Positions 1 to 13,082 of a stretch of 64,000 nt of DNA are shown one piece after another. The notes under the pieces were generated by a model that was not told the origin of the DNA, did not search any database, and saw only the letters and a list, made by a program, of their open reading frames with translations. Position 1 is the stretch's first letter; each line of letters begins with the position of its first letter. The stretch comes from Balanoglossus misakiensis (taxonomy: Eukaryota; Animalia; Hemichordata): contig CM082589.2 of assembly GCA_040954595.2 (NCBI GenBank), positions 1,603,910 through 1,667,909 on the forward strand. Direction: 5' to 3'. A program made the translations under genes and the position numbers.

Positions 1-3000
1 GAAAAATCGTCGATTTTTCGACATTTTCCTGAGCTATAACCCATGGTTTTTTCAAAAAATCACCAAATTTCGGAAAATTCGCAAAGACCAAAAATCGTCG
101 ATTTTTCGACATTTTCCTGAGCTATAACCCATGGTTTTTTCAAAAAATCACCAAATTTCGAAAATTCGCAAAGTCCAAAAATCGTCGATTTTTCGACATT
201 TTCCTGAGCTATAACCCATGTTTTTTTCAAAAAATCACCAAATTTCGAAAATTCGCAAAGTCCAAAAATCGTCGATTTTTCGACATTTTCCTGAGCTATA
301 ACCCATGGTTTTTTCAAAAAATCACCAAATTTCGAAAATTCGCAAAGTCCAAAAATCGTCGATTTTTCGACATTTTCCTGAGCTATAACCCATGGTTTTT
401 TCAAAAAATCACCAAATTTCGAAAATTCGCAAAGTCCAAAAATCGTCGATTTTTCGACATTTTCCTGAGCTATAACCCATGGTTTTTTCAAAAAATCACC
501 AAATTTCGAAAATTCGCAAAGTCCAAAAATCGTCGATTTTTCGACATTTTCCTGAGCTATAACCCATGGTTTTTTCAAAAAATCACCAAATTTCGAAAAT
601 TCGCAAAGTCCAAAAATATTCGATTTTTCGACATTTTCCTGAGCTATAACCCATGGTTTTTTCAAAAAATCACAAATTTCGAAAATACGCAAAGTCCAAA
701 AATCGTCGATTTTTCGACATTTTCCTGAGCTATAACCCATGGTTTTTTCAAAAAATCACCAAATTTCGAAAATACGCAAAGTCCAAAAATCGTCGATTTT
801 TCGACATTTTCCTGAGCTATAACCCATGGTTTTTTCAAAAAATCACCAAATTTCGAAAATTCGCAAAGACCAAAAATCGTCGATTTTTCGACATTTTCCT
901 GAGCTATAACCCATGGTTTTTTCAAAAAATCACCAAATTTCGAAAATTCGCAAAGTCCAAAAATCGTCGATTTTTCGACATTTTCCTGAGCTATAACCCA
1001 TGTTTTTTTCAAAAAATCACCAAATTTCGAAAATTCGCAAAGTCCAAAAATCGTCGATTTTTCGACATTTTCCTGAGCTATAACCCATGGTTTTTTCAAA
1101 AAATCACCAAATTTCGAAAATTCGCAAAGACCAAAAATCGTCGATTTTTCGACATTTTCCTGAGCTATAACCCATGGTTTTTTCAAAAAATCACCAAATT
1201 TCGAAAATTCGCAAAGTCCAAAAATCGTCGATTTTTCGACATTTTCCTGAGCTATAACCCATGGTTTTTTCAAAAAATCACCAAATTTCGAAAATTCGCA
1301 AAGTCCAAAAATCGTCGATTTTTCGACATTTTCCTGAGCTATAACCCATGGTTTTTTCAAAAAATCACCAAATTTCGAAAATTCGCAAAGTCCAAAAATC
1401 GTCGATTTTTCGACATTTTCCTGAGCTATAACCCATGGTTTTTTCAAAAAATCACCAAATTTCGAAAATTCGCAAAGTCCAAAAAATCGTCGATTTTTCG
1501 ACATTTTCCTGAGCTATAACCCATGGTTTTTCAAAAAATCACCAAATTTCGAAAATTCGCAAAGTCCAAAAATCGTCGATTTTTCGACATTTTCCTGAGC
1601 TATAACCCATGGTTTTTTCAAAAAATCACCAAATTTCGAAAATTCGCAAAGTCCAAAAATCGTCGATTTTTCGACATTTTCCTGAGCTATAACCCATGGT
1701 TTTTTCAAAAAATCACCAAATTTCGAAATTCGCAAAGTCCAAAAATCGTCGATTTTTCGACATTTTCCTGAGCTATAACCCATGGTTTTTACAAAAAATC
1801 ACCAAATTTCGAAAATTCGCAAAGTCCAAAAATCGTCGATTTTTCGACATTTTCCTGAGCTATAACCCATGGTTTTTTCAAAAAATCACCAAATTTCGAA
1901 AATTCGCAAAGTCCAAAAAATCGTCGATTTTTCGACATTTTCCTGAGCTATAACCCATGGTTTTTTTCAAAAAATCACCAAATTTCGAAAATTCGCAAAG
2001 TCCAAAAATCGTCGATTTTTCGACATTTTCCTGAGCTATAACCCATGGTTTTTTCAAAAAATCACCAAATTTCGAAAATTCGCAAAGTCCAAAATCGTCG
2101 ATTTTTCGACATTTTCCTGAGCTATAACCCATGGTTTTTTCAAAAAATCACCAAATTTCGAAAATTCGCAAAGTCCAAAAATCGTCGATTTTTCGACATT
2201 TTCCTGAGCTACATGTATAACCCATGGTTTTTTCAAAAAATCACCAAATTTCGAAAATTCGCAAAGTCGAAAAATCGTCGATTTTTCATCATTTTCCTGA
2301 GCTATAACCCATGGTTTTTTCAAAAAATCACCAAATTTCGAAAATTCGCAAAGTCCAAAAATCGTCGATTTTTCGACATTTTCCTGAGCTATAACCCATG
2401 GTTTTTTGCAAAAAATCACCAATTTCGAAAATTCGCAAAGTCCAAAAATCGTCGATTTTTCGACATTTCCTGAGCTATAACCCATGGTTTTTGCAAAAAA
2501 TCACCAAATTTCGAAAATTCGCAAAGTCCAAAAATCGTCGATTTTTCGACATTTTCCTGAGCTATAACCCATGGTTTTTGCAAAAAATCACCAAATTTCG
2601 AAAAATTCGCAAAGTCCAAAAATCGTCGATTTTTCGACATTTTCCTGAGCTATAACCCATGGTTTTTTCAAAAAATCACCAAATTTCGAAAATTGGCAAA
2701 GTCCAAAAATCGTCGATTTTTCGACATTTTCCTGAGCTATAACCCATGGTTTTTTCAAAAAATCACCAAATTTCGAAAATTGGCAAAGTCCAAAAATAGA
2801 CGATTTTTCGACATTTTCCTGAGCTATAACCCATGGTTTTTTCAAAAAATCACCAAATTTCGAAAATTCGCAAAGTCCAAAAATCGTCGATTTTTCGACA
2901 TTTTCCTGAGCTATAACCCATGGTTTTTTCAAAAAATCACCAAATTTCGAAAATTCGCAAAGTCCAAAAATCGTCGATTTTCGACATTTTCCTGAGCTAT

Positions 3001-6000
3001 AACCCATGGTTTTTTCAAAAAATCACCAAATTTCGAAAATACGCAAAGTCCAAAAATCGTCGATTTTTCGACATTTTCCTGAGCTATAACCCCATGGTTT
3101 TTTCAAAAAATCACCAAATTTCGAAAATTGGCAAAGTCCAAAAATCGTCGATTTTTCGACATTTTCCTGAGCTATAACCCATGGTTTTTTCAAAAAATCA
3201 CCAAATTTCGAAAATTCGCAAAGTCGAAAAATCGTCGATTTTTCGACATTTTCCTGAGCTATAACCCATGGTTTTTTCAAAAAATCACCAAATTTCGAAA
3301 ATTCGCAAAGTCCAAAAATCGTCGATTTTTCGACATTTTCCTGAGCTATAACCCATGGTTTTTTCAAAAAATCACCAAATTTCGAAAATTCGCAAAGTCC
3401 AAAAATCGTCGATTTTTCGACATTTTCCTGAGCTATAACCCATGGTTTTTTCAAAAAATCACCAAATTTCGAAAATTCGCAAAGTCCAAAAATCGTCGAT
3501 TTTTCGACATTTTCCTGAGCTATAACCCATGGTTTTTTCAAAAAATCACCAAATTTCGAAAATACGCAAAGTCCAAAAATATTCGATTTTTCGACATTTT
3601 CCTGAGCTATAACCCATGGTTTTTTCAAAAAATCACCAAATTTCGAAAATACGCAAAGTCCAAAAATCGTCGATTTTTCGACATTTTCCTGAGCTATAAC
3701 CCATGGTTTTTTCAAAAAATCACCATATTTCGAAAATACGCAAAGTCCAAAAATCGTCGATTTTTTCGACATTTTCCTGAGCTATAACCCATGGTTTTTT
3801 CAAAAAATCACCAAATTTCGAAAATTCGCAAAGTCGAAAAATCGTCGATTTTTCGACATTTTCCTGAGCTATAACCCATGGTTTTTTCAAAAAATCACCA
3901 AATTTCGAAAATTCGCAAAGTCGAAAAATCGTCGATTTTTCGACATTTTCCTGAGCTATAACCCATGGTTTTTTCAAAAAATCACCAAATTTCGAAAATT
4001 CGCAAAGTCCAAAAATCGTCGATTTTTCGACATTTTCCTGAGCTATAACCCATGGTTTTTTCAAAAAAATCACCAAATTTCGAAAATTCGCAAAGTCCAA
4101 AAATCGTCGATTTTTCGACATTTTCCTGAGCTATAACCCATGGTTTTTTCAAAAAATCACCAAATTTCGAAAATTCGCAAAGTCCAAAAATCGTCGATTT
4201 TTCGACATTTTCCTGAGCTATAACCCATGGTTTTATCAAAAAATCACCAAATTTCGAAAATTCGCAAAGTCCAAAAATCGTCGATTTTTCGACATTTTCC
4301 TGAGCTATAACCCATGGTTTTTTCAAAAAATCACCAAATTTCGAAAATTCGCAAAGTCCAAAAATCGTCGATTTTTCGACATTTTCCTGAGCTATAACCC
4401 ATGGTTTTTTCAAAAAATCACCAAATTTCGAAAATTCGCAAAGACCAAAAATCGTCGATTTTTCGACATTTTCCTGAGCTATAACCCATGGTTTTTTCAA
4501 AAAATCACCAAATTTCGAAAATTCGCAAAGTCCAAAAATCGTCGATTTTTCGACATTTTCCTGAGCTATAACCCATGGTTTTTTCAAAAAATCACCAAAT
4601 TTCGAAAATTCGCAAAGTCCAAAAATCGTCGATTTTTCGACATTTTCCTGAGCTATAACCCATGGTTTTTTCAAAAAATCACCAAATTTCGAAAATTCGC
4701 AAAGTCCAAAAATCGTCGATTTTTCGACATTTTCCTGAGCTATAACCCATGGTTTTTTCAAAAAATCACCAAATTTCGAAAATTCGCAAAGTCCAAAAAT
4801 CGTCGATTTTTCGACATTTTCCTGAGCTATAACCCATGGTTTTTTCAAAAAATCACCAAATTTCGAAAATTCGCAAAGTCCAAAAATCGTCGATTTTTCG
4901 ACATTTTCCTGAGCTATAACCCATGGTTTTTTCAAAAAATCACCAAATTTCGAAAATTCGCAAAGTCCAAAAATCGTCGATTTTCGACATTTTCCTGAGC
5001 TATAACCCATGGTTTTTTCAAAAAATCACCAAATTTCGAAAATTCGCAAAGTCCAAAAATCGTCGATTTTTCGACATTTTCCTGAGCTATAACCCATGGT
5101 TTTTTCAAAAAATCACCAAATTTCGAAAATTCGCAAAGTCCAAAAATCGTCGATTTTTCGACATTTTCCTGAGCTATAACCCATGGTTTTTTCAAAAAAT
5201 CACCAAATTTCGAAAATTCGCAAAGTCCAAAAATCGTCGATTTTTCGACATTTTCCTGAGCTATAACCCATGGTTTTTTCAAAAAATCACCAAATTTCGA
5301 AAATTCGCAAAGTCCAAAAATCGTCGATTTTTCGACATTTTCCTGAGCTATAACCCATGGTTTTTTCAAAAAATCACCAAATTTCGAAAATTCGCAAAGT
5401 CCAAAAATCGTCGATTTTTCGACATTTTCCTGAGCTATAACCCATGGTTTTTTCAAAAAATCACCAAATTTCGAAAATTCGCAAAGTCCAAAAATCGTCG
5501 ATTTTTCGACATTTTCCTGAGCTATAACCCATGGTTTTTTCAAAAAATCACCAAATTTCGAAAATTCGCAAAGTCCAAAAATCGTCGATTTTTCGACATT
5601 TTCCTGAGCTATAACCCATGGTTTTTTCAAAAAATCACCAAATTTCGAAAATACGCAAAGTCCAAAAATCGTCGATTTTTCGACATTTTCCTGAGCTATA
5701 ACCCATGGTTTTTTCAAAAAATCACCAAATTTCGAAAATTCGCAAAGTCCAAAAATCGTCGATTTTTCGACATTTTCCTGAGCTATAACCCATGGTTTTT
5801 TCAAAAAATCACCAAATTTCGAAAATTCGCAAAGTCCAAAAATCGTCGATTTTTCGACATTTTCCTGAGCTATAACCCATGGTTTTTTCAAAAAATCACC
5901 AAATTTCGAAAATTCGCAAAGTCCCCAAATCGTCGATTTTTCGACATTTTCCTGAGCTATAACCCATGGTTTTTTCAAAAAATCACCAAATTTCGAAAAT

Positions 6001-9000
6001 TCGCAAAGTCCCAAAATCGTCGATTTTTCGACATTTTCCTGAGCTATAACCCATGGTTTTTTCAAAAAATCACCAAATTTCGAAAATTCGCAAAGTCCCA
6101 AAATCGTCGATTTTTCGACATTTTCCTGAGCTATAACCCATGGTTTTTTCAAAAAATCACCAAATTTCGAAAATTCGCAAAGTCCCAAAATCGTCGATTT
6201 TTCGACATTTTCCTGAGCTATAACCCATGGTTTTTTCAAAAAATCACCAAATTTCGAAAATTCGCAAAGTCCAAAAATCGTCGATTTTTCGACATTTTCC
6301 TGAGCTATAACCCATGGTTTTTTCAAAAAATCACCAAATTTCGAAAATTCGCAAAGTCCAAAAATCGTCGATTTTTCGACATTTTCCTGAGCTATAACCC
6401 ATGGTTTTTTCAAAAAATCACCAAATTTCGAAAATTCGCAAAGTCCAAAAATCGTCGATTTTTCGACATTTTCCTGAGCTATAACCCATGTTTTTTTCAA
6501 AAAATCACCAAATTTCGAAAATTCGCAAAGTCCAAAAATCGTCGATTTTTCGACATTTTCCTGAGCTATAACCCATGGTTTTTTTCAAAAAATCACCAAA
6601 TTTCGAAAATTCGCAAAGTCCAAAAATCGTCGATTTTTCGACATTTTCCTGAGCTATAACCCATGGTTTTTTTCAAAAAATCACCAAATTTCGAAAATTC
6701 GCAAAGTCGAAAAATCGTCGATTTTTCGACATTTTCCTGAGCTATAACCCATGGTTTTTTTCTAAAAATCACCAAATTTCGAAAATTCGCAAAGTCGAAA
6801 AATCGTCGATTTTTCGACATTTTCCTGAGCTATAACCCATGGTTTTTTCAAAAAATCACCAAATTTCGAAAATTCGCAAAGTCCAAAAATCGTTGATTTT
6901 TCGACATTTTCCTGAGCTATAACCCATTTTTTTTTTTAAAAATCACCAAATTTCGAAAATAGGCAAAGTCCAAAAATCGTCGATTTTTCGACATTTTCCT
7001 GAGCTATATAACCCATGTTTTTTTCAAAAAATCACCAAATTTCGAAAATTCGCAAAGTCGAAAAATCGTCGATTTTTCGACATTTTCCTGAGCTATAACC
7101 CATGGTTTTTTCAAAAAATCACCAAATTTCGAAAATTCGCAAAGTCGAAAAATCGTCGATTTTTCGACATTTTCCTGAGCTATAACCCATGGTTTTTTCA
7201 AAAAATCACCAAATTTCGAAAATTCGCAAAGTCCAAAAATCGTCGATTTTTCGACATTTTCCTGAGCTATAACCCATGGTTTTTTCAAAAAATCACCAAA
7301 TTTCGAAAATTCGCAAAGTCCAAAAATCGTCGATTTTTCGACATTTTCCTGAGCTATAACCCATGGTTTTTTCAAAAAATCACCAAATTTCAAAAAATTC
7401 GCAAAGTCCAAAAATCGTCGATTTTTCGACATTTTCCTGAGCTATAACCCATGGTTTTTTCAAAAAATCACCAAATTTCGAAAATTCGCAAAGTCCAAAA
7501 ATCGTCGATTTTTCGACATTTTCCTGAGCTATAACCCATGGTTTTTTCAAAAAATCACCAAATTTCGAAAATTCGCAAAGTCCAAAAATCGTCGATTTTT
7601 CGACATTTTCCTGAGCTATAACCCATGGTTTTTTCAAAAAATCACCAAATTTCGAAAATTCGCAAAGTCCAAAAATCGTCGATTTTTCGACATTTTCCTG
7701 AGCTATAACCCATGGTTTTTTCAAAAAATCACCAAATTTCGAAAATTCGCAAAGTCCAAAAATCGTCGATTTTTCGACATTTTCCTGAGCTATAACCCAT
7801 GGTTTTATCAAAAAATCACCAAATTTCGAAAATTCGCAAAGTCCAAAAATCGTCGATTTTTCGACATTTTCCTGAGCTATAACCCATGGTTTTTTCAAAA
7901 AATCACCAAATTTCGAAAATTCGCAAAGTCCAAAAATCGTCGATTTTTCGACATTTTCCTGAGCTATAACCCATGGTTTTTTCAAAAAATCACCAAATTT
8001 CGAAAATTCGCAAAGACCAAAAATCGTCGATTTTTCGACATTTTCCTGAGCTATAACCCATGGTTTTTTCAAAAAATCACCAAATTTCGAAAATTCGCAA
8101 AGTCCAAAAATCGTCGATTTTTCGACATTTTCCTGAGCTATAACCCATGGTTTTTTCAAAAAATCACCAAATTTCGAAAATTCGCAAAGTCCAAAAATCG
8201 TCGATTTTTCGACATTTTCCTGAGCTATAACCCATGGTTTTTTCAAAAAATCACCAAATTTCGAAAATTCGCAAAGTCCAAAAATCGTCGATTTTTCGAC
8301 ATTTTCCTGAGCTATAACCCATGGTTTTTTCAAAAAATCACCAAATTTCGAAAATTCGCAAAGTCCAAAAATCGTCGATTTTTCGACATTTTCCTGAGCT
8401 ATAACCCATGGTTTTTTCAAAAAATCACCAAATTTCGAAAATTCGCAAAGTCCAAAAATCGTCGATTTTTCGACATTTTCCTGAGCTATAACCCATGGTT
8501 TTTTCAAAAAATCACCAAATTTCGAAAATTCGCAAAGTCCAAAAATCGTCGATTTTTCGACATTTTCCTGAGCTATAACCCATGGTTTTTTCAAAAAATC
8601 ACCAAATTTCGAAAATTCGCAAAGTCCAAAAATCGTCGATTTTTCGACATTTTCCTGAGCTATAACCCATGGTTTTTTCAAAAAATCACCAAATTTCGAA
8701 AATTCGCAAAGTCGAAAAATCGTCGATTTTTCGACATTTTCCTGAGCTATAACCCATGGTTTTTTCAAAAAATCACCAAATTTCGAAAATTCGCAAAGTC
8801 GAAAAATCGTCGATTTTTCGACATTTTCCTGAGCTATAACCCATGGTTTTTTCAAAAAATCACCAAATTTCGAAAATTCGCAAAGTCCAAAAATCGTCGA
8901 TTTTTCGACATTTTCCTGAGCTATAACCCATGGTTTTTTCAAAAAATCACCAAATTTCGAAAATTCGCAAAGTCCAAAAATCGTCGATTTTTCGACATTT

Positions 9001-12000
9001 TCCTGAGCTATAACCCATGGTTTTTTCAAAAAATCACCAAATTTCGAAAATTCGCAAAGTCGAAAAATCGTCGATTTTTCGACATTTTCCTGAGCTATAA
9101 CCCATGGTTTTTTCAAAAAATCACCAAATTTCGAAAATACGCAAAGTCCAAAAATCGTCGATTTTTCGACATTTTCCTGAGCTATAACCCATGGTTTTTT
9201 CAAAAAATCACCAAATTTCGAAAATTCGCAAAGTCGAAAAATCGTCGATTTTTCGACATTTTCCTGAGCTATAACCCATGGTTTTTTCAAAAAATCACCA
9301 AATTTCGAAAATTCGCAAAGTCCAAAAATCGTCGATTTTTCGACATTTTCCTGAGCTATAACCCATGGTTTTTTCAAAAAATCACCAAATTTCGAAAATT
9401 CGCAAAGTCCCCAAATCGTCGATTTTTCGACATTTTCCTGAGCTATAACCCATGGTTTTTTCAAAAAATCACCAAATTTCGAAAATTCGCAAAGTCCCAA
9501 AATCGTCGATTTTTCGACATTTTCCTGAGCTATAACCCATGGTTTTTTCAAAAAATCACCAAATTTCGAAAATTCGCAAAGTCCCAAAATCGTCGATTTT
9601 TCGACATTTTCCTGAGCTATAACCCATGGTTTTTTCAAAAAATCACCAAATTTCGAAAATTCGCAAAGTCCCAAAATCGTCGATTTTTCGACATTTTCCT
9701 GAGCTATAACCCATGGTTTTTTCAAAAAATCACCAAATTTCGAAAATTCGCAAAGTCCAAAAATCGTCGATTTTTCGACATTTTCCTGAGCTATAACCCA
9801 TGGTTTTTTCAAAAAATCACCAAATTTCGAAAATTCGCAAAGTCCAAAAATCGTCGATTTTTCGACATTTTCCTGAGCTATAACCCATGGTTTTTTCAAA
9901 AAATCACCAAATTTCGAAAATTCGCAAAGTCCAAAAATCGTCGATTTTTCGACATTTTCCTGAGCTATAACCCATGGTTTTTTCAAAAAATCACCAAATT
10001 TCGAAAATTCGCAAAGTCCAAAAATCGTCGATTTTTCGACATTTTCCTGAGCTATAACCCATGTTTTTTTCAAAAAATCACCAAATTTCGAAAATTCGCA
10101 AAGTCCAAAAATCGTCGATTTTTCGACATTTTCCTGAGCTATAACCCATGGTTTTTTCAAAAAATCACCAAATTTCGAAAATTCGCAAAGTCCAAAAATC
10201 GTCGATTTTTCGACATTTTCCTGAGCTATAACCCATGGTTTTTTTCAAAAAATCACCAAATTTCGAAAATTCGCAAAGTCGAAAAATCGTCGATTTTTCG
10301 ACATTTTCCTGAGCTATAACCCATGGTTTTTTTCTAAAAATCACCAAATTTCGAAAATTCGCAAAGTCGAAAAATCGTCGATTTTTCGACATTTTCCTGA
10401 GCTATAACCCATGGTTTTTTCAAAAAATCACCAAATTTCGAAAATTCGCAAAGTCCAAAAATCGTTGATTTTTCGACATTTTCCTGAGCTATAACCCATT
10501 TTTTTTTTTTAAAAATCACCAAATTTCGAAAATAGGCAAAGTCCAAAAATCGTCGATTTTTCGACATTTTCCTGAGCTATATAACCCATGTTTTTTTCAA
10601 AAAATCACCAAATTTCGAAAATTCGCAAAGTCGAAAAATCGTCGATTTTTCGACATTTTCCTGAGCTATAACCCATGGTTTTTTCAAAAAATCACCAAAT
10701 TTCGAAAATTCGCAAAGTCGAAAAATCGTCGATTTTTCGACATTTTCCTGAGCTATAACCCATGGTTTTTTCAAAAAATCACCAAATTTCGAAAATTCGC
10801 AAAGTCCAAAAATCGTCGATTTTTCGACATTTTCCTGAGCTATAACCCATGGTTTTTTCAAAAAATCACCAAATTTCGAAAATTCGCAAAGTCCAAAAAT
10901 CGTCGATTTTTCGACATTTTCCTGAGCTATAACCCATGGTTTTTTCAAAAAATCACCAAATTTCAAAAAATTCGCAAAGTCCAAAAATCGTCGATTTTTC
11001 GACATTTTCCTGAGCTATAACCCATGGTTTTTTCAAAAAATCACCAAATTTCGAAAATTCGCAAAGTCCAAAAATCGTCGATTTTTCGACATTTTCCTGA
11101 GCTATAACCCATGGTTTTTTCAAAAAATCACCAAATTTCGAAAATTCGCAAAGTCCAAAAATCGTCGATTTTTCGACATTTTCCTGAGCTATAACCCATG
11201 GTTTTTTCAAAAAATCACCAAATTTCGAAAATTCGCAAAGTCCAAAAATCGTCGATTTTTCGACATTTTCCTGAGCTATAACCCATGGTTTTTTCAAAAA
11301 ATCACCAAATTTCGAAAATTCGCAAAGTCCAAAAATCGTCGATTTTTCGACATTTTCCTGAGCTATAACCCATGGTTTTTTTCAAAAAATCACCAAATTT
11401 CGAAAATTCGCAAAGTCGAAAAATCGTCGATTTTTCGACATTTTCCTGAGCTATAACCCATGGTTTTTTTCAAAAAATCACCAAATTTCGAAAATTCGCA
11501 AAGTCGAAAAATCGTCGATTTTTCGACATTTTCCTGAGCTATAACCCATGGTTTTTTCAAAAAATCACCAAATTTCGAAAATTCGCAAAGTCCAAAAATC
11601 GTTGATTTTTCGACATTTTCCTGAGCTATAACCCATGTTTTTTTCAAAAAATCACCAAATTTCGAAAATAGGCAAAGTCCAAAAATCGTCGATTTTTCGA
11701 CATTTTCCTGAGCTATAACCCATGGTTTTTTCAAAAAATGACCAAATTTCGAAAATTCGCAAAGTCGAAAAATCGTCGATTTTTCGACATTTTCCTGAGC
11801 TATAACCCATGGTTTTTTCAAAAAATCACCAAATTTCGAAAATTCGCAAAGTCCAAAAATCGTCGATTTTTCGACATTTTCCTGAGCTATAACCCATGGT
11901 TTTTTCAAAAAATCACCAAATTTCGAAAATTCGCAAAGTCCAACAATCGTCGATTTTTCGACATTTTCCTGAGCTATAACCCATGGTTTTTTCAAAAAAT

Positions 12001-13082
12001 CACCAAATTTCGAAAATTCGCAAAGTCCAAAAATCGTCGATTTTTCGACATTTTCCTGAGCTATAACCCATGGTTTTTTCAAAAAATCACCAAATTTCGA
12101 AAATTCGCAAAGTCCAAAAATCGTCGATTTTTCGACATTTTCCTGAGCTATAACCCATGGTTTTTTCAAAAAATCACCAAATTTCGAAAATTCGCAAAGT
12201 CCAAAAATCGTCGATTTTTCGACATTTTCCTGAGCTATAACCCATGGTTTTTTCAAAAAATCACCAAATTTCGAAAATTCGCAAAGTCCAAAAATCGTCG
12301 ATTTTTCGACATTTTCCTGAGCTATAACCCATGGTTTTTTCAAAAAATCACCAAATTTCGAAAATAGGCAAAGTCCAAAAATCGTCGATTTTTCGACATT
12401 TTCCTGAGCTATAACCCATGGTTTTTTCAAAAAATCACCAAATTTCGAAAATTCGCAAAGTCGAAAAATCGTCGATTTTTCAACATTTTCCTGAGCTATA
12501 ACCCATGGTTTTTTCAAAAAATCACCAAATTTCGAAAATTCGCAAAGTCGAAAAATCGTCGATTTTTCGACATTTTCCTGAGCTATAACCCATGGTTTTT
12601 TCAAAAAATCACCAAATTTCGAAAATTCGCAAAGTCCAAAAATCGTCGATTTTTCGACATTTTCCTGAGCTATAACCCATGGTTTTTTCAAAAAATGACC
12701 AAATTTCGAAAATTCGCAAAGTCGAAAAATCGTCGATTTTTCGACATTTTCCTGAGCTATAACCCATGGTTTTTTCAAAAAATCACCAAATTTCGAAAAT
12801 TCGCAAAGTCCAAAAATCGTCGATTTTTCGACATTTTCCTGAGCTATAACCCATGGTTTTTTCAAAAAATCACCAAATTTCGAAAATTCGCAAAGTCCAA
12901 CAATCGTCGATTTTTCGACATTTTCCTGAGCTATAACCCATGGTTTTTTCAAAAAATCACCAAATTTCGAAAATTCGCAAAGTCCAAAAATCGTCGATTT
13001 TTCGACATTTTCCTGAGCTATAACCCATGGTTTTTTCAAAAAATCACCAAATTTCGAAAATTCGCAAAGTCCAAAAATCGTC
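1..13082 (+). repeat. 87-bp tandem satellite, left arm (~150 monomers; continues beyond window start)
   Basis: Monomer ccaaaaatcgtcgatttttcgacattttcctgagctataacccatggttttttcaaaaaatcaccaaatttcgaaaattcgcaaagt (87 bp, 33% GC) repeated head-to-tail at high identity; the 29-aa periodicity in the ORF track reflects it. Confidence 0.98.

Noticed and set aside
37-42. Telomere-like TAACCC hexamer in each monomer (also ctaaccct at 54753 and 54940)
   Set aside because: Single hexamers only, with no (TTAGGG)n run; not enough to call the region subtelomeric.
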